Source: Eledone cirrhosa
Taxonomy: Eukaryota
Length of the DNA: 64,000 nt
Assembly: GCA_964016885.1 (NCBI GenBank)
Contig: OZ024745.1
Location: 119,164,001-119,228,000, forward strand
Reading direction: 5' to 3'
A model generated the notes under the pieces. That model was not told the origin of the DNA, made no database searches, and was given only the letters and a program-made list of their open reading frames with translations. Below are positions 63,743-64,000 of this stretch, in pieces; the stretch's first letter is position 1, and every line of letters begins with the position of its first letter. The translations under genes and the position numbers were made by a program.

Positions 63743-64000
63743 TTTTTAGCCCTATTTCAACACTGAAAGGCGTTCCAATTGTGACCAACCCTTCTTTTCC
63801 ACTGTAGCAAGGATTACATTAGTCTCTATCCACCCTGCTACCGGTAGCATGACTTGACGGAGGTTTCGCTTCTCTATCAAGATCGTAGATATGTGTGCAT
63901 ATGTCTACATCTGCACGACTGTTATGAAGTGGCTATGCATCCAGGTATATGTCTATGCCTGTGTATCTATGAGGGTTTGCATCTGTGCTGTGAACGCGTG

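Overview
Eukaryotic, very AT-rich, repeat-saturated DNA, most likely from an octopod cephalopod (inferred from SINE types and multi-kb (TA)n/(CA)n tracts). It has a 200-N gap at 12587-12786. No intact host gene is supportable, and nearly all long ORFs in the track are microsatellite translations. There are two compartments. (1) (TA)n-rich zones (1-35450 and 50900-61200) hold Penelope-like retroelements (PLEs): a near full-length decayed Naiad-type element (16400-19420), other Naiad-, Neptune- and Poseidon/Penelope-type fragments, and many short non-coding PLE-tail elements, often as fold-back palindromes. By eye these carry about 30 type I hammerhead ribozyme (HHR) motifs in roughly 14 sequence families, with recurring core variants (U3-A8 covariation, U10.1/U11.1, U4A, U4C). 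They include a head-to-tail array of ~430-445 bp HHR units (14357-15715) with retrozyme-like architecture. (2) A TA-poor zone (35500-50900) holds (ATT)n-associated R4/Dong-like, Tx1-like, CRE-like and RTE LINE remnants plus many copies of one tRNA-derived SINE. All ribozyme calls are manual folds and are untested.
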